In this document: positions 20,055 through 30,321 of the stretch, in pieces
Position numbering within the stretch: position 1 is the first letter of the stretch
Layout of the letters: the number at the start of each line of letters is the position of its first letter
DNA from: Cyanobacteriota bacterium
GTDB taxonomy: Bacteria; Cyanobacteriota; Cyanobacteriia; Thermostichales; Thermostichaceae
Assembly (NCBI GenBank): GCA_033764955.1
Contig: JANRIL010000024.1
Location: 32,001-96,000, forward strand
DNA: 64,000 nucleotides
Reading direction: 5' to 3'
Notes under the pieces: model-generated
Database searches by the model: none
Told to the model about the DNA's origin: nothing
The model's input: the letters and a program-made list of their open reading frames with translations, nothing else
Program-made: the position numbers and the translations under genes

Positions 20055-20714
20055 CTATTCCACCTGTTTCTCTTCCATCCTCTCTAGACGCTCCTGAAAA
20101 TAGTCCCGCCAGTTTTGAGGTAACTCCTCCACCCTCAATAGAGCCTGCAAACGCACGGGATCCTGAGAGCGCTCTAGGTAAAGGCGAGTAATCTCTGTAA
20201 TCGGCACCTGCTGAGGATGGGCTGCTATCCGCTCGATCCGATCCCCAGCCGCCAAAACCCCCGGCTGCACCACCGAAAAATAAATGCCCGTGCGCTGAGC
20301 CTCTTGAAACCGCTTGACCATCTGCATGTCCCCAAAACGGATCCCTAACTTAAAGCAGGGAAGGCGAGGTTGTTTAGCCATCAACAGGGCAGATCCAAAG
20401 CGAAAGAGATCCCCGATGGCAACCGTTTCTTCTAGCAAGCCGGAGGTGGTTAAATTTTCCCCAAAGATGCCACCCACCAGATCCACCTCCGGTAACTGGT
20501 GTCGCCAGAAGGAATAATGCTCGATTGGATAGGTATAGACAGCTTTATCCACCCCCCCATGTACCGTCAAATCCGCCTGTCCATCCCCAGCCAGATTCAA
20601 GGGATCCACCACCACTTCCCCCTGAATGGGGTGTTTGTAGATACTGGTCAGAACCGACTTCCCCTGCCAGAGTACGGCGCGGGGTTGTCCGACATAAACA
20701 TTCTCAATTTGCAT
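20055..20714 (-). CDS. MOSC domain protein (YiiM-like)
   Basis: GDGQADLTVHGGVDKA, FGENLT, QPRLPCFKL. Confidence 0.9.
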   Translation of the reverse strand: MQIENVYVGQPRAVLWQGKSVLTSIYKHPIQGEVVVDPLNLAGDGQADLTVHGGVDKAVYTYPIEHYSFWRHQLPEVDLVGGIFGENLTTSGLLEETVAIGDLFRFGSALLMAKQPRLPCFKLGIRFGDMQMVKRFQEAQRTGIYFSVVQPGVLAAGDRIERIAAHPQQVPITEITRLYLERSQDPVRLQALLRVEELPQNWRDYFQERLERMEEKQVE

Positions 20715-21136
20715 CCCTTCCCCCCTTGACGGTGCTCTCACGCATCAGTATTCCCCCATGAACTAAGCGGAGGGGGAGCCATCTACTTGACCTCGAAAAT
20801 CGTCAGAAACAGGACTAGCCTGCATCTACTGTATCCCTTCTATTTATCCTTCCCGCGCGTTCTTGCTTCTGCGGAGAATACAAACCCCCTAGCAAAACTT
20901 AGTCAAGAGATATAACAGAATTTTGAGAAATCGAGATAAAAATTGCGGGGTCTACATACAGCGGGATATAGTTTTTTCCATAAAAGCGGTGATAAATGGT
21001 TTTTTTCAATAACAGCTCCAGGGGACACGACCCTCTGGGGCTTTTGACATGAAGGATGGATCCCCCCAGAATGAGGGGATCCACTCTCGCGGGATCCGTT
21101 TATAGTCCAGACAGGGTGCAACGGCTGGAGGCTCTC

Positions 21137-23290
21137 ATGGTGTCCAATTCCGCAGCAGTACGGGCTGGCAAAGATGCCCTAATTCAGGGGCGGTATCAAG
21201 AATCGGTGCAAATTCTGGAGGCGTATTGCCATCCCTCCTCATCTGAACAGGTAGGAGATCCGGAACGCACAGAAGCCCTGATGATTTTGATCCGTGCCTA
21301 TCAACAAATTGGGAATATTGAAGCTGCCCGTGGGCTATGTGAGCAGCTTGGGCAGCATCCCGACAGTAAAGTCGCGGATTGGGGAAAAAAGTTTTTATTA
21401 CGCCTCCCCCCTCCCTCTGTCCTAGCCGTTGCTCCCGAAACGGTTGCTAGCGCCCCGCCTCCCCCTCCCCCTAAAGTGTCTAATGCTTCTCAGCGAGCCA
21501 GTCCAAGCGGAGTCAAGCTAGCCATCACGCCGTTGGCGCTACCCCTCCCCTGGGTACTCAAACTAACTGTAGGCATCAGTGTAGGGGTGATTTTTGTCTT
21601 GGGGTTGCTCTGGATCAACGGACTATTTCGCTATAACTTACCGTGGGTTGCCAAAGGGTTCATTACCCTCAGCCTGACAGCGAACGTGGCTGCCGCTGCC
21701 TATTTTTTGACCCCCCTCATCCTTGATTATTTACAAAATTGGCTATTCAAAGTTCGTTGGGTTTCCCTGACCGAGATCGAACAACGCAGCCCAAAAGTGG
21801 GACAACTGGTCAGCCAGGTGGGGCAACAGCAGCATCTCAAGCTGCCCCGTTTTGGCATCATTCCCGATGCGAATCCGGTGATTTTTGCCTATGGATCCCA
21901 TCGGGATCACAGTCGGATTGTGCTCAGCCAGGGGATTCTCAACCGCCTAGAAGCTGATGAAATAGCCAGTTTGATTGCCCACCAATTAGGGCGCATAGTC
22001 AACGGTGACTGTAGTGCCCTCACCCTAGCGGCTTTCCCCGCCCAACTGTTTTATGCCATCTATGCTTTGGTGGTGCGCTGGGGGCAAGGGCGCAATGGAC
22101 GGCAGGATTTGATCGGGCATTTGGCGCTCCCCGCTTATGTGGTTTATGTGGCGCTTACTTATCCTTTATTTTTCCTCTCCCGCACAGGAGCTTATTATGG
22201 GGATCGCTTTGCGGCAGAGCTAACCGGAAACCCCAACGCCTTGGCACGGGCACTGGTCAAAATTGCCCACGGATTGTTGCAGGAGGGGAAAAAGCGCCAA
22301 CTCCCCAGCTATCTGGTGGATGGATCGCGGCTGATGGGAATCTACGATCCCAAAACGGCTATCGCCACTGGTCTGGCTTATCAGTCCATCAAAAGTGAAC
22401 AGGGATCCCACCAACCGCTCAGCGCCGTCTTTGGCTGGGATCTGTTTAATCCTTGGGCCCGTTGGATGGAGGCCAATTCTTCCCATCCTCTCCCTGGCAA
22501 GCGGATTCGGGCTTTAGCCACCTATGCCGAACGATTACGTTTGACTCCTGAATTTGGGATGGCAGAGGTCAGTCACATAAGTCAACAACTTGATAGTAAG
22601 CATCTCAAAGGAAAGTTCTACTGGGATTTAGCCATCTATGGGGCTGAGGTGGTAGGACTGGTAGCGGGCTGGATGGTGGGGTTAATTCTATTCTTTGTCA
22701 TCGACAGACCACCCACCTTAATTTATGGATCCGCAATGATAGGATTTGGCCTGGGCATGGGGGTCAAGGCCATACTCATCTTTCCCCGTCGCCAACAGGC
22801 TACTCCCGCCGATATGCTCACCCTCATGTCGGATGTCTATGCCTCTCCGGTTCGCAGTCAACCCGTTTTGCTGGAAGGGGAATTATTTGGTCAACGACAG
22901 GCCATGTATCAACTGGGATCCGAGCTACGCCTGCAAGATGCCACGGGGATGATCCCGGTTCGCTTTACCTCCCGCTTTGGCCCGCTTGGCAACCTATTGT
23001 CAGGACTGCAACAGGCAGGCTATGCTGCCCCCAAGGGGATCCGCACATTTTTGGGATCCCGTGTGCAAGTCCAAGGTTGGTTGAGAAGAGGGATCACCCC
23101 CTGGTTAGATCTGTCCCAAATCAACCATCCTTCGGGCAAAAAAGGAGCTAGTCACCATCAAGTCTGGCTTTGTATTTTTGCCTTAGGGATGGTAGTGTCT
23201 GGAGCTTTGGTCATTCTTTATTGGCATCGACTACCTCCACTTTCCTGGTATACCGTGCAAAAACTCCTCAGACTCAAGCCTAGTTATTAG
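21137..23290 (+). CDS. M48/HtpX-like membrane protein with TPR-like N-terminus and degenerate zinc motif
   Basis: PVIFAYGS, AHQLGR in place of HExxH, TGNPNALARALVKI, SSHPLPGKRI. Confidence 0.8.
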   Translation: MVSNSAAVRAGKDALIQGRYQESVQILEAYCHPSSSEQVGDPERTEALMILIRAYQQIGNIEAARGLCEQLGQHPDSKVADWGKKFLLRLPPPSVLAVAPETVASAPPPPPPKVSNASQRASPSGVKLAITPLALPLPWVLKLTVGISVGVIFVLGLLWINGLFRYNLPWVAKGFITLSLTANVAAAAYFLTPLILDYLQNWLFKVRWVSLTEIEQRSPKVGQLVSQVGQQQHLKLPRFGIIPDANPVIFAYGSHRDHSRIVLSQGILNRLEADEIASLIAHQLGRIVNGDCSALTLAAFPAQLFYAIYALVVRWGQGRNGRQDLIGHLALPAYVVYVALTYPLFFLSRTGAYYGDRFAAELTGNPNALARALVKIAHGLLQEGKKRQLPSYLVDGSRLMGIYDPKTAIATGLAYQSIKSEQGSHQPLSAVFGWDLFNPWARWMEANSSHPLPGKRIRALATYAERLRLTPEFGMAEVSHISQQLDSKHLKGKFYWDLAIYGAEVVGLVAGWMVGLILFFVIDRPPTLIYGSAMIGFGLGMGVKAILIFPRRQQATPADMLTLMSDVYASPVRSQPVLLEGELFGQRQAMYQLGSELRLQDATGMIPVRFTSRFGPLGNLLSGLQQAGYAAPKGIRTFLGSRVQVQGWLRRGITPWLDLSQINHPSGKKGASHHQVWLCIFALGMVVSGALVILYWHRLPPLSWYTVQKLLRLKPSY

Positions 23291-23310
23291 TATCCATTTG
23301 GAAGAGAACT

Positions 23311-24117
23311 ATGCACAAGGTTGAGCCTAAACCTGATTGGCCTGACTCCTGGAAATCTAGCTATACCTATGATCTTTTGGAGGTTTATGGAGAGATTTCT
23401 AGGAGAGGGTATGCCTATGCCTATCAAAATCGTCAAAATTATGCTTTAGAGGCTTTGAGAGCCATCTCTACCCCTGGGGAGAGGATTCTTGATGTGGCGG
23501 CGGCGCAGGGTAATTTCTCTCTTCTGTTGGCAGAAATGGGATATGAAGTGGTTTGGAATGACTTGCGATCTGAGCTAAAAGACTATGTGGAACTCAAGCG
23601 CGAAAAAGGTAATGTAGAATATCGAGTAGGAAATATATTTGACTTCTCCGACGCAAACGAATTTGATGCTATTTTAGCCACTGAAATTATTGAGCATGTT
23701 GCTCATCCTGATCAGTTTTTGAAGAAGCTAGCCTTTCTGCTTAAGCCATCTGGACATATCATATTAACCACCCCAAACGGAGAATATTTCCGAAATAACT
23801 TGCCTAAGTTTTCAGATTGTCCAGATCCTAGTCAATTTGAATCAATCCAATTCAAGCCAAATTCGGATGGACATATCTTCTTGTTTTATCCAGATGAGAT
23901 TCAAAAACTAGCTCAAGTGACTGGTTTACAACTCAAGGAACTAAAACTTTTTACAAATCCATTAACAGCAGGACATATCAAATTAGAGCTTCTTCTTAAA
24001 TCTTTCCCAAGAAAGGCTGTGAATTTTTTGGAGTCAATTACTCAATTACAATCTGGATTTCCATTCCGGAGACTGAATGTTCATCTGCTTGCTGTTTTGC
24101 AAAAGCCGAAGACCTAA
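23311..24117 (+). CDS. Class I SAM-dependent methyltransferase (AT-rich, likely acquired)
   Basis: ILDVAAAQG, TEIIEHV, ILTTPN. Confidence 0.85.
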   Translation: MHKVEPKPDWPDSWKSSYTYDLLEVYGEISRRGYAYAYQNRQNYALEALRAISTPGERILDVAAAQGNFSLLLAEMGYEVVWNDLRSELKDYVELKREKGNVEYRVGNIFDFSDANEFDAILATEIIEHVAHPDQFLKKLAFLLKPSGHIILTTPNGEYFRNNLPKFSDCPDPSQFESIQFKPNSDGHIFLFYPDEIQKLAQVTGLQLKELKLFTNPLTAGHIKLELLLKSFPRKAVNFLESITQLQSGFPFRRLNVHLLAVLQKPKT

Positions 24118-24523
24118 GCTGCTCATCAAAGCGAGTAAAATCACTACCTGCCTGATACAATTCTAGTTCAAGCCTAGTTATGATTGATATAGTAAACCTG
24201 TAAAATTGCATAGTCATTCTCAGCTTAATTAAAAAATGTTTGAGTGTTTTGCCGTAGGGTTCTGCGAGCCCATTTGGGTTCACTCTTAATCTGTAATGAT
24301 TATAAAAAACATGCAACTATTCTTCTCCATTTCTTTGGTTTTACTCACCAGGTAGATTAGCTGAACAATGCAGTGCAAGCCTAAACTTTGCGATCTGGAT
24401 TGGACTGGTCTAAAGATTCTTGGGAAATGATTACTTGTATGTAGGGATCCGGTGAGGAGCAAGCTGATCCCTTTCTGTTGGCTGGATTTCTCATAAATAG
24501 CTCTGTCTAAGCAACTTACGACT

Positions 24524-24617
24524 TATAGTTATTCCAAATAAGTATGCAACCACCTAAATCTTGATATCCGAACCTTGAGAGATTTTGGGTTTCTCAAACT
24601 AAGTTGGAACGACTATA
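24524..24617. mobile_element. MITE-like element
   Basis: Imperfect terminal inverted repeats tatagttattccaaataag and ctaagttggaacgactata. Confidence 0.55.
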
Positions 24618-25085
24618 GCTCGCCATCTGTGAATGCTTGAGACAAGAACTCAGCCATGTACCGTTTCGCTCCAAGCCTCTAGGGATCCGGCTGAACGTAA
24701 TTTTTGTCGGAGGGTTTTGATATGAGCTTTGACGGTTTCTTCTTCGGGAGATTCTTCGGTTGTCCAGATGCGCTCAATTAGGGACTCAGGGCAAAGTTTA
24801 AGAAATCCTAGCTGTCTGGGAAGAAGAGGGATCCCCTATAACGGGAGGAGGAATTACCCTGTTGGCTCCGGCAGGCTTTCCTTATGGATAACATCTATTG
24901 GTTGGGACATACAGCAACCCTAAGTAAGATGTGAGAAGATTTTCCCCCTCTCCTTGCGGGAGAGGGGCTAGGGGTGAGGGCGGTTCACGGATCAAATAGG
25001 GTTGCTGTAGCTTGAAGCCTATCTGTGAGTTGCAGATAGCAGGTACATCAAAATCTGACTTTGAGGTTTGGTTGTGCAAATACCG

Positions 25086-25298
25086 ATGACTTTTAGTGAT
25101 GTGGTCGAGGTAGTCAAGCGTCTTTTCGCAGATAAAATGCGTGAAATTCAACTGTTGTTGAAGCAATACTTTCGTGAAGAGCGTCCTGACGAGATATATG
25201 ACAATTTCTAGTCAGCGCAAGTCGAACAGTAAAAGGGTGAACTGAAGTTTTCCTCTAATATTAAGGAACTGAGAGAATTGATAGAGGAGCAATTGTGG
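25086..25298 (+). pseudogene. Putative antitoxin pseudogene
   Basis: MTFSDVVEVVK...DNF*SAQVEQ*KGELKFSSNIKELRELIEE; stops at 25209 and 25230; runs into the toxin start. Confidence 0.65.
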
Positions 25299-25561
25299 AA
25301 GTCGGTTTCGGCTATCCATTCAAATGTGCTTTTAAAAGACGCATTAAAGGCAATGCAAATCTAGAGGCAGGGTTTTGGCAAAAATTGGAACAGTTCACCA
25401 TAGATCTATTTGATCCGAGCTTGAAAACACATAAATTATCGGGCAATTTCAGGGAATTTTGGAGTTTTAGTGTAGATTGCGATGAGAGGGTGCTGTTCTA
25501 CTTTACGGAAGATGGAAAGGCTGTGTTTGTAGATATCGGTAGCCATGACGAGGTGTATTGA
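25295..25561 (+). CDS. RelE/YafQ-like mRNA interferase toxin
   Basis: LKTHKLSG...WSFSVD...RVLF...DIGSHDEVY. Confidence 0.85.
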   Translation: MEVGFGYPFKCAFKRRIKGNANLEAGFWQKLEQFTIDLFDPSLKTHKLSGNFREFWSFSVDCDERVLFYFTEDGKAVFVDIGSHDEVY

Positions 25562-25578
25562 AAGCAATGGTCGCGGCA

Positions 25579-25663
25579 GCACAACAACGCTGTTGGAGCG
25601 GACTGGATCAAACTGCTGGTGTGACCAAAGATTGCTGACATCCGCTGACCGCAACCGTTATCT
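25579..25663 (+). repeat. attC-like imperfect palindrome
   Basis: Begins gcacAAC, inner stem agcgga/tccgct, ends GTTatct; just after the toxin stop. Confidence 0.45.
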
Positions 25664-25888
25664 ATTCTCAATCAGCTAACCCCCCAGAATATTCTGGATA
25701 TTTCATAGCCATTACTTAAATTAGGACTACCCTTTTCCCTTGTGTGAGGGAACCAATCTCAGAAACTATCTGAATCAAGATCGGCAATCTCTCTGGGGAA
25801 GTAGGGTTTTCCCATCGGTTGACCGGATTAGCAACCGTTAGATTGGAGCAGAATAAGAAACCAATATTCCTAACAACGTAGGTAGCCC

Positions 25889-27349
25889 GTGAGTGGCCGC
25901 TTTTTTCCATCCTTACTGAGTCAAATGTGGGCGGAGTTGCCGTTGCCAGAGTGGTTGCCGGGAGTGGGTGAATCTGTCTGGCAGCAGGCTCTTTTGGCGT
26001 TGACTCAACTGTGGCGAGAGGCAGGTCAGTTTGGGGTAGTGGTGAGTGGACCAGTGGCTTGGCTGCCTGCCAGTGAGTGGCAATGGCAACCGGAGTGGCA
26101 CCCTTTAGCTCAACGGGATCCCTTATCAGCAACGGCTCATCCTGCGGAGGAGCCAACCACCGATACCCTACGGGATCGACGCTGGCTTTTCACCGCTGAT
26201 CTGTCTCCCGACGTGCTGTTTGAACCGGGTCAGACCACTATCCCCCTTTTGCCTTTGGATCCGGCGCAGCAAGAGCGATTTTTGCTATTGATTAGCCCAG
26301 TTTTTTGTGTGATTGTCGCCGAGGGATCCCATCCCCATACCGGTCAGCCGGGGATCATGCTCTCCTTTGAGCCGGAAGTATTGCAGCGGGCTTGGCAAGG
26401 ACTCCAGGCTCGCTTACGGCAGGTACGCCCCGACCGCTTATCGATTTGGGAAGATCTGCTCAACCACTTCCCCCTCCAACCTCCCCACCCCCGCGTCATG
26501 GCTCGCTTTAGCAGCCTCTTACTCTTGCCGTTGGGTTCAAGGGATCCCTCCCTCATGGCGCAACTACCCGCCGCCTTGCCCACAGAGCTAGTCACGACAG
26601 AAAACCCTCCAGACCACAAGACGGACGGTTCCTCACCAGCCACCCCTACCCATCCTTCTGAAGATGTGGCTCCCTTGTCGGAAGCCGAGCTACTGCGAGC
26701 CTTGATCCATGAAATTAAAACTCCTCTCGCCACCATCCATACCCTAGCAACCCTGATTCTCAAACGGTCCGATCTGCCGGATAAGGTGCGGGATTATGTG
26801 GAGAAAATTGATCGAGAGTGTTGCGAACAAATCGATCGCTTTAGCCTATTTTTTCAGGCCACTGAGATTGATCACCATCCCCTCCATTTGCAACCCACCG
26901 CCCTTGTGGATCTGGTGCATCATCACCTGCCCCGTTGGCAAACCCAGGTGGAGCGGCGGGGTTCTCGGCTGGATCTGAAAATTTCTGAGGATTTACCGAA
27001 TGTCGTCAGTGACCCCAAAGCTCTCGATACGATCCTGACGGGAATTATTGACCGGATTGCCCGAAGTTCTCCCCCCGGCAGCAGGATTTCCGCTCAACTG
27101 GTCAGCGCCGGAGAACAAGTCAAGCTTCAGTTTCAAGTCATTCCCCAGGATCCCGTCTGGCCCCATTCAACCCTGACCCCCCTGCAAGCCATTGGGCAAT
27201 GGCTGGTGCTACAACCAGATACAGGAGCGATCAGCCTGAGCATTCCCGTCACCCAAACTCTGTTTCGTGCGTTGGGGGGATATTTGACTGTCAAACAGAA
27301 AGGGCATCACGGAGAGGTCTTCACCATCTATCTGCCTCGCCAACTGTGA
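25889..27349 (+). CDS. Hik34-like histidine kinase with degenerate ATPase domain
   Basis: HEIKTPL...IDRECCEQIDR; no N box or DxG; GAISLSIPVTQTLFRALGG replaces GxGLGL. Confidence 0.75.
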   Translation: MSGRFFPSLLSQMWAELPLPEWLPGVGESVWQQALLALTQLWREAGQFGVVVSGPVAWLPASEWQWQPEWHPLAQRDPLSATAHPAEEPTTDTLRDRRWLFTADLSPDVLFEPGQTTIPLLPLDPAQQERFLLLISPVFCVIVAEGSHPHTGQPGIMLSFEPEVLQRAWQGLQARLRQVRPDRLSIWEDLLNHFPLQPPHPRVMARFSSLLLLPLGSRDPSLMAQLPAALPTELVTTENPPDHKTDGSSPATPTHPSEDVAPLSEAELLRALIHEIKTPLATIHTLATLILKRSDLPDKVRDYVEKIDRECCEQIDRFSLFFQATEIDHHPLHLQPTALVDLVHHHLPRWQTQVERRGSRLDLKISEDLPNVVSDPKALDTILTGIIDRIARSSPPGSRISAQLVSAGEQVKLQFQVIPQDPVWPHSTLTPLQAIGQWLVLQPDTGAISLSIPVTQTLFRALGGYLTVKQKGHHGEVFTIYLPRQL

Positions 27350-27392
27350 AGCGGTCTAAGGAACATCTCTAGGGGATCCCTACCCTTTTGTA

Positions 27393-28229
27393 ATGCTGAA
27401 AAATCGTGCCAAGGGGAGTGATGGAAGGTTGAAAAAAGTCATGAGGCAGCCCCACAATTTGTCCCCCCTCTCCCCTCCTACTCAACCCCCCACTGATATG
27501 AACCTCAACAGGGATCCCCTCGTGAGTGGGGAGCAAGTAGCCGCCCTGCTTCATGAAGTGCGAAATCCGTTAACCACCCTCCAAACACTGGCAAAGCTAC
27601 TCAAAAAGCGACTCCCGGCTGGGGATCCCAACCAGTGGATCGGCAACAGTATGGAACAAGAATGTCAACATTTGCAGGCGTTATTAGAGCGTTTTGAAGC
27701 CAGCCTCGGTTCCGAGCGCCCACTCCAGTTGCAGATTGTCTATTTGCAAGAAATTCTGCCGGATTGGATTGCCACCTACGAAGCCCTTGCCCATGCTCAC
27801 CACATTCATTTTCAAAGCCAATTAACGGAAGCATTCCTCCAAGCTTTACCTGCCGTTTGGGTGGATCTTTTAGCGCTTAAACAAGTCCTGGGCAATTTGG
27901 TCGATAATGCTTGCAAATATACTCCCCCCGGAGGATCGGTGAGCCTGGGGGTAGCAGTGCAGTCGGATGGAGTGATTGTGTCCATTCAAGACAGTGGGGA
28001 TGGCATTTCCCCGGAGCATTTAGCCCACATTTTTGAGCCATTTTATCGAGCAGAATCAGCCACACCGGGTCAAGGTTTGGGCTTGGCCATCAGCCGAGAT
28101 TTGGTTGAGGGAATGCAGGGCTGCTTAGAAGTGGAAAGCCAGCTTCATCAGGGCACAACTTTTCGGGTGAAAGTAGCTTTAGCTAACACCGACCAGACCA
28201 CCCAGTTAAGGGATGATCAGCCTGATTAA
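27393..28229 (+). CDS. Hik2-like histidine kinase lacking a sensor domain
   Basis: HEVRNPLTTLQTLAKLLKKRL, NACKY, DSGDGI, GQGLGL; only about 50 aa precede the H box. Confidence 0.7.
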   Translation: MLKNRAKGSDGRLKKVMRQPHNLSPLSPPTQPPTDMNLNRDPLVSGEQVAALLHEVRNPLTTLQTLAKLLKKRLPAGDPNQWIGNSMEQECQHLQALLERFEASLGSERPLQLQIVYLQEILPDWIATYEALAHAHHIHFQSQLTEAFLQALPAVWVDLLALKQVLGNLVDNACKYTPPGGSVSLGVAVQSDGVIVSIQDSGDGISPEHLAHIFEPFYRAESATPGQGLGLAISRDLVEGMQGCLEVESQLHQGTTFRVKVALANTDQTTQLRDDQPD

Positions 28230-30001
28230 GAAACCAGAACGGCTTCCTCCAGTTTTTGTTGATACCATAGACGGGCATACAACCCTGCCGGATCGGCTAA
28301 CAATTGGAGATGGGATCCCGATTGCACAATGTTGCCCTGATCCATCACTAAAATTTGATCGGCTTCCACCACAGAGGTGAGACGGTGGGCGATAAAAAGA
28401 ACCGTTTTTTGCTGTTGGGTTTGCCGCAGCGAGGTAAGAATATCGAGAGCTGTTTGGTTGTCCACACTCGATAACGAATCATCCAAAATTAGGATGGGGG
28501 CATCCACCAACAAAGCCCGTGCTAGAGCAACCCGTTGCCGCTGTCCACCAGAAAGGGTGATGCCCCGTTCCCCCACCCTGGTTTGATACTGCTGAGGAAA
28601 GCGTTCGATTTCGGGGTGAATGTGGGCAGCTTTGGCCACACTCTCCACCTCCCATTCACTGGCGTCGGGCTTGCCATAGCGAATGTTATCCAGCACGGTG
28701 GCATTAAACAAAAAACTTTCTTGTGGCACATAGGCAATCGCCTGCCGCAGGGATCCCAACTGAATCTGGGTGATGTCAAGTCCGTCAATCCAAAGCTGTT
28801 GGGGGGCAATTTCCAGGAGGTGGGGGATGGCATTGGCGAGGGTGGTTTTGCCCGCTCCAATCGGCCCAACAATAGCAACCATCTGACCGGGCTGAATTTG
28901 AAAACTGACATGATTGAGGGCGAGACGGGTGGATCCGGCAAACCCAAAGGTCAGATCGCGGGCAATGATTTCTCCTTTTGGATTGGGAAGCGGGACGGCT
29001 CCTAGTGGATCGGTGATGGTGGGTTGAATGGCCAACAGTTCTCCCACGCGATCTAGGCTGACCTGTCCACGCTGGTAGGCGGTGATGGTAAAGCCCAAAA
29101 GAGCGGTGGGAAAGACCAGCCGTTCTACATAAAGGGTAAGCGCTGAAAAATCTCCCAGGGTGAGGCGACCGGCGGCAATCAGGGGGCTACCTGCCACCAA
29201 CAACACCAACAAACTCATGCCCACCAGCGCCACCAAACTGGGAAACAACCAGTTACGAGTGATCGCTAACCGCAGGTTAGCTTCCAGAAGTTGTTGATTT
29301 TGGCGAGCAAACTCCGCTTGTTCATGTTGCTCTTGGGCATAGACCTTGATGGAGGTAATGCCGTTCATATCCTCTTGGATCAGATCGCTTAAGTTCCCCA
29401 GCCGTTGCTGCACCTCCAGTTGTTGTCGTTGCAGTCGTCCACTGGTGATTTTCACCAGCACCAACATGACGGGATACACCGATAGAGCCAGCAGACTCAA
29501 CCAGGGATCAATCCACAGCATCGCCGGGACGGTCATGCCATAGGCAAAAAACGTATTCGCTAGACTGAGAATGGCAAACCCCAACAAACGGCGGATATTG
29601 TCTACATCACTGGTGACACGGGTGATGATATCGCCGGCAGACTGATAGCCAAAATAGGAGGGAGAAAGGGTTAAGAGGTGTTCAAAAATGCGTTGTTTCA
29701 GGTCAAACTCCACCTGTCGCCCCACCCCAAACATCCAGACCCGCGAGGCAATCCGCACCCCCATCATAGCGCTGGCTACCAATAGCACCACCACGGCATA
29801 GTGGGTCATCTGCCCAAGATTTGGCAGCACTAAAACATCGGCATTGGTGGGGCTAGATAGACTATCCAGGATAATCTTGATATACCAAGGTAGAAATACC
29901 CCCAAGCCGTTCACCACTAGCAGGGATCCAATGCCCAGCCACACCTGCCGTTGATAGGGGCGGAGATAATGCTGGAGTTGTTGCAGGTGGGAATGAGCCA
30001 T
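28226..30001 (-). CDS. ABC exporter, fused permease/ATPase
   Basis: TM domain plus GPIGAGKT, LSGGQRQR, ILDD. Confidence 0.93.
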   Translation of the reverse strand: MAHSHLQQLQHYLRPYQRQVWLGIGSLLVVNGLGVFLPWYIKIILDSLSSPTNADVLVLPNLGQMTHYAVVVLLVASAMMGVRIASRVWMFGVGRQVEFDLKQRIFEHLLTLSPSYFGYQSAGDIITRVTSDVDNIRRLLGFAILSLANTFFAYGMTVPAMLWIDPWLSLLALSVYPVMLVLVKITSGRLQRQQLEVQQRLGNLSDLIQEDMNGITSIKVYAQEQHEQAEFARQNQQLLEANLRLAITRNWLFPSLVALVGMSLLVLLVAGSPLIAAGRLTLGDFSALTLYVERLVFPTALLGFTITAYQRGQVSLDRVGELLAIQPTITDPLGAVPLPNPKGEIIARDLTFGFAGSTRLALNHVSFQIQPGQMVAIVGPIGAGKTTLANAIPHLLEIAPQQLWIDGLDITQIQLGSLRQAIAYVPQESFLFNATVLDNIRYGKPDASEWEVESVAKAAHIHPEIERFPQQYQTRVGERGITLSGGQRQRVALARALLVDAPILILDDSLSSVDNQTALDILTSLRQTQQQKTVLFIAHRLTSVVEADQILVMDQGNIVQSGSHLQLLADPAGLYARLWYQQKLEEAVLVS

Positions 30002-30321
30002 CCGAGTTGCTTCCGACTTTCTGAGTAATGAAGGGTAAGAAGGGGCGAGTTGCTGGCTTGGATCCTTGGGTTCACTCTAACCTGGGCAGGGGATGGACTA
30101 GCTGTGGTTTTAGGTGTGGGAGAGAATCCGCAGGAAAGTTACTAGGGGGTTTTCCGCCAATTCCATCACGGCTAAGGGTAGCCAAACAGGTCAAGAATCC
30201 TGCCTTGGTCTCATGCCGTCATCTTTTACAATGCTGAGGGGATCTCCAAGCGGATCCCTAGGCTAGAGGAGATCGTCCTTAACGATCCTAAACTGCTGAC
30301 TGTGTTCTCTGAGGTGTCATT

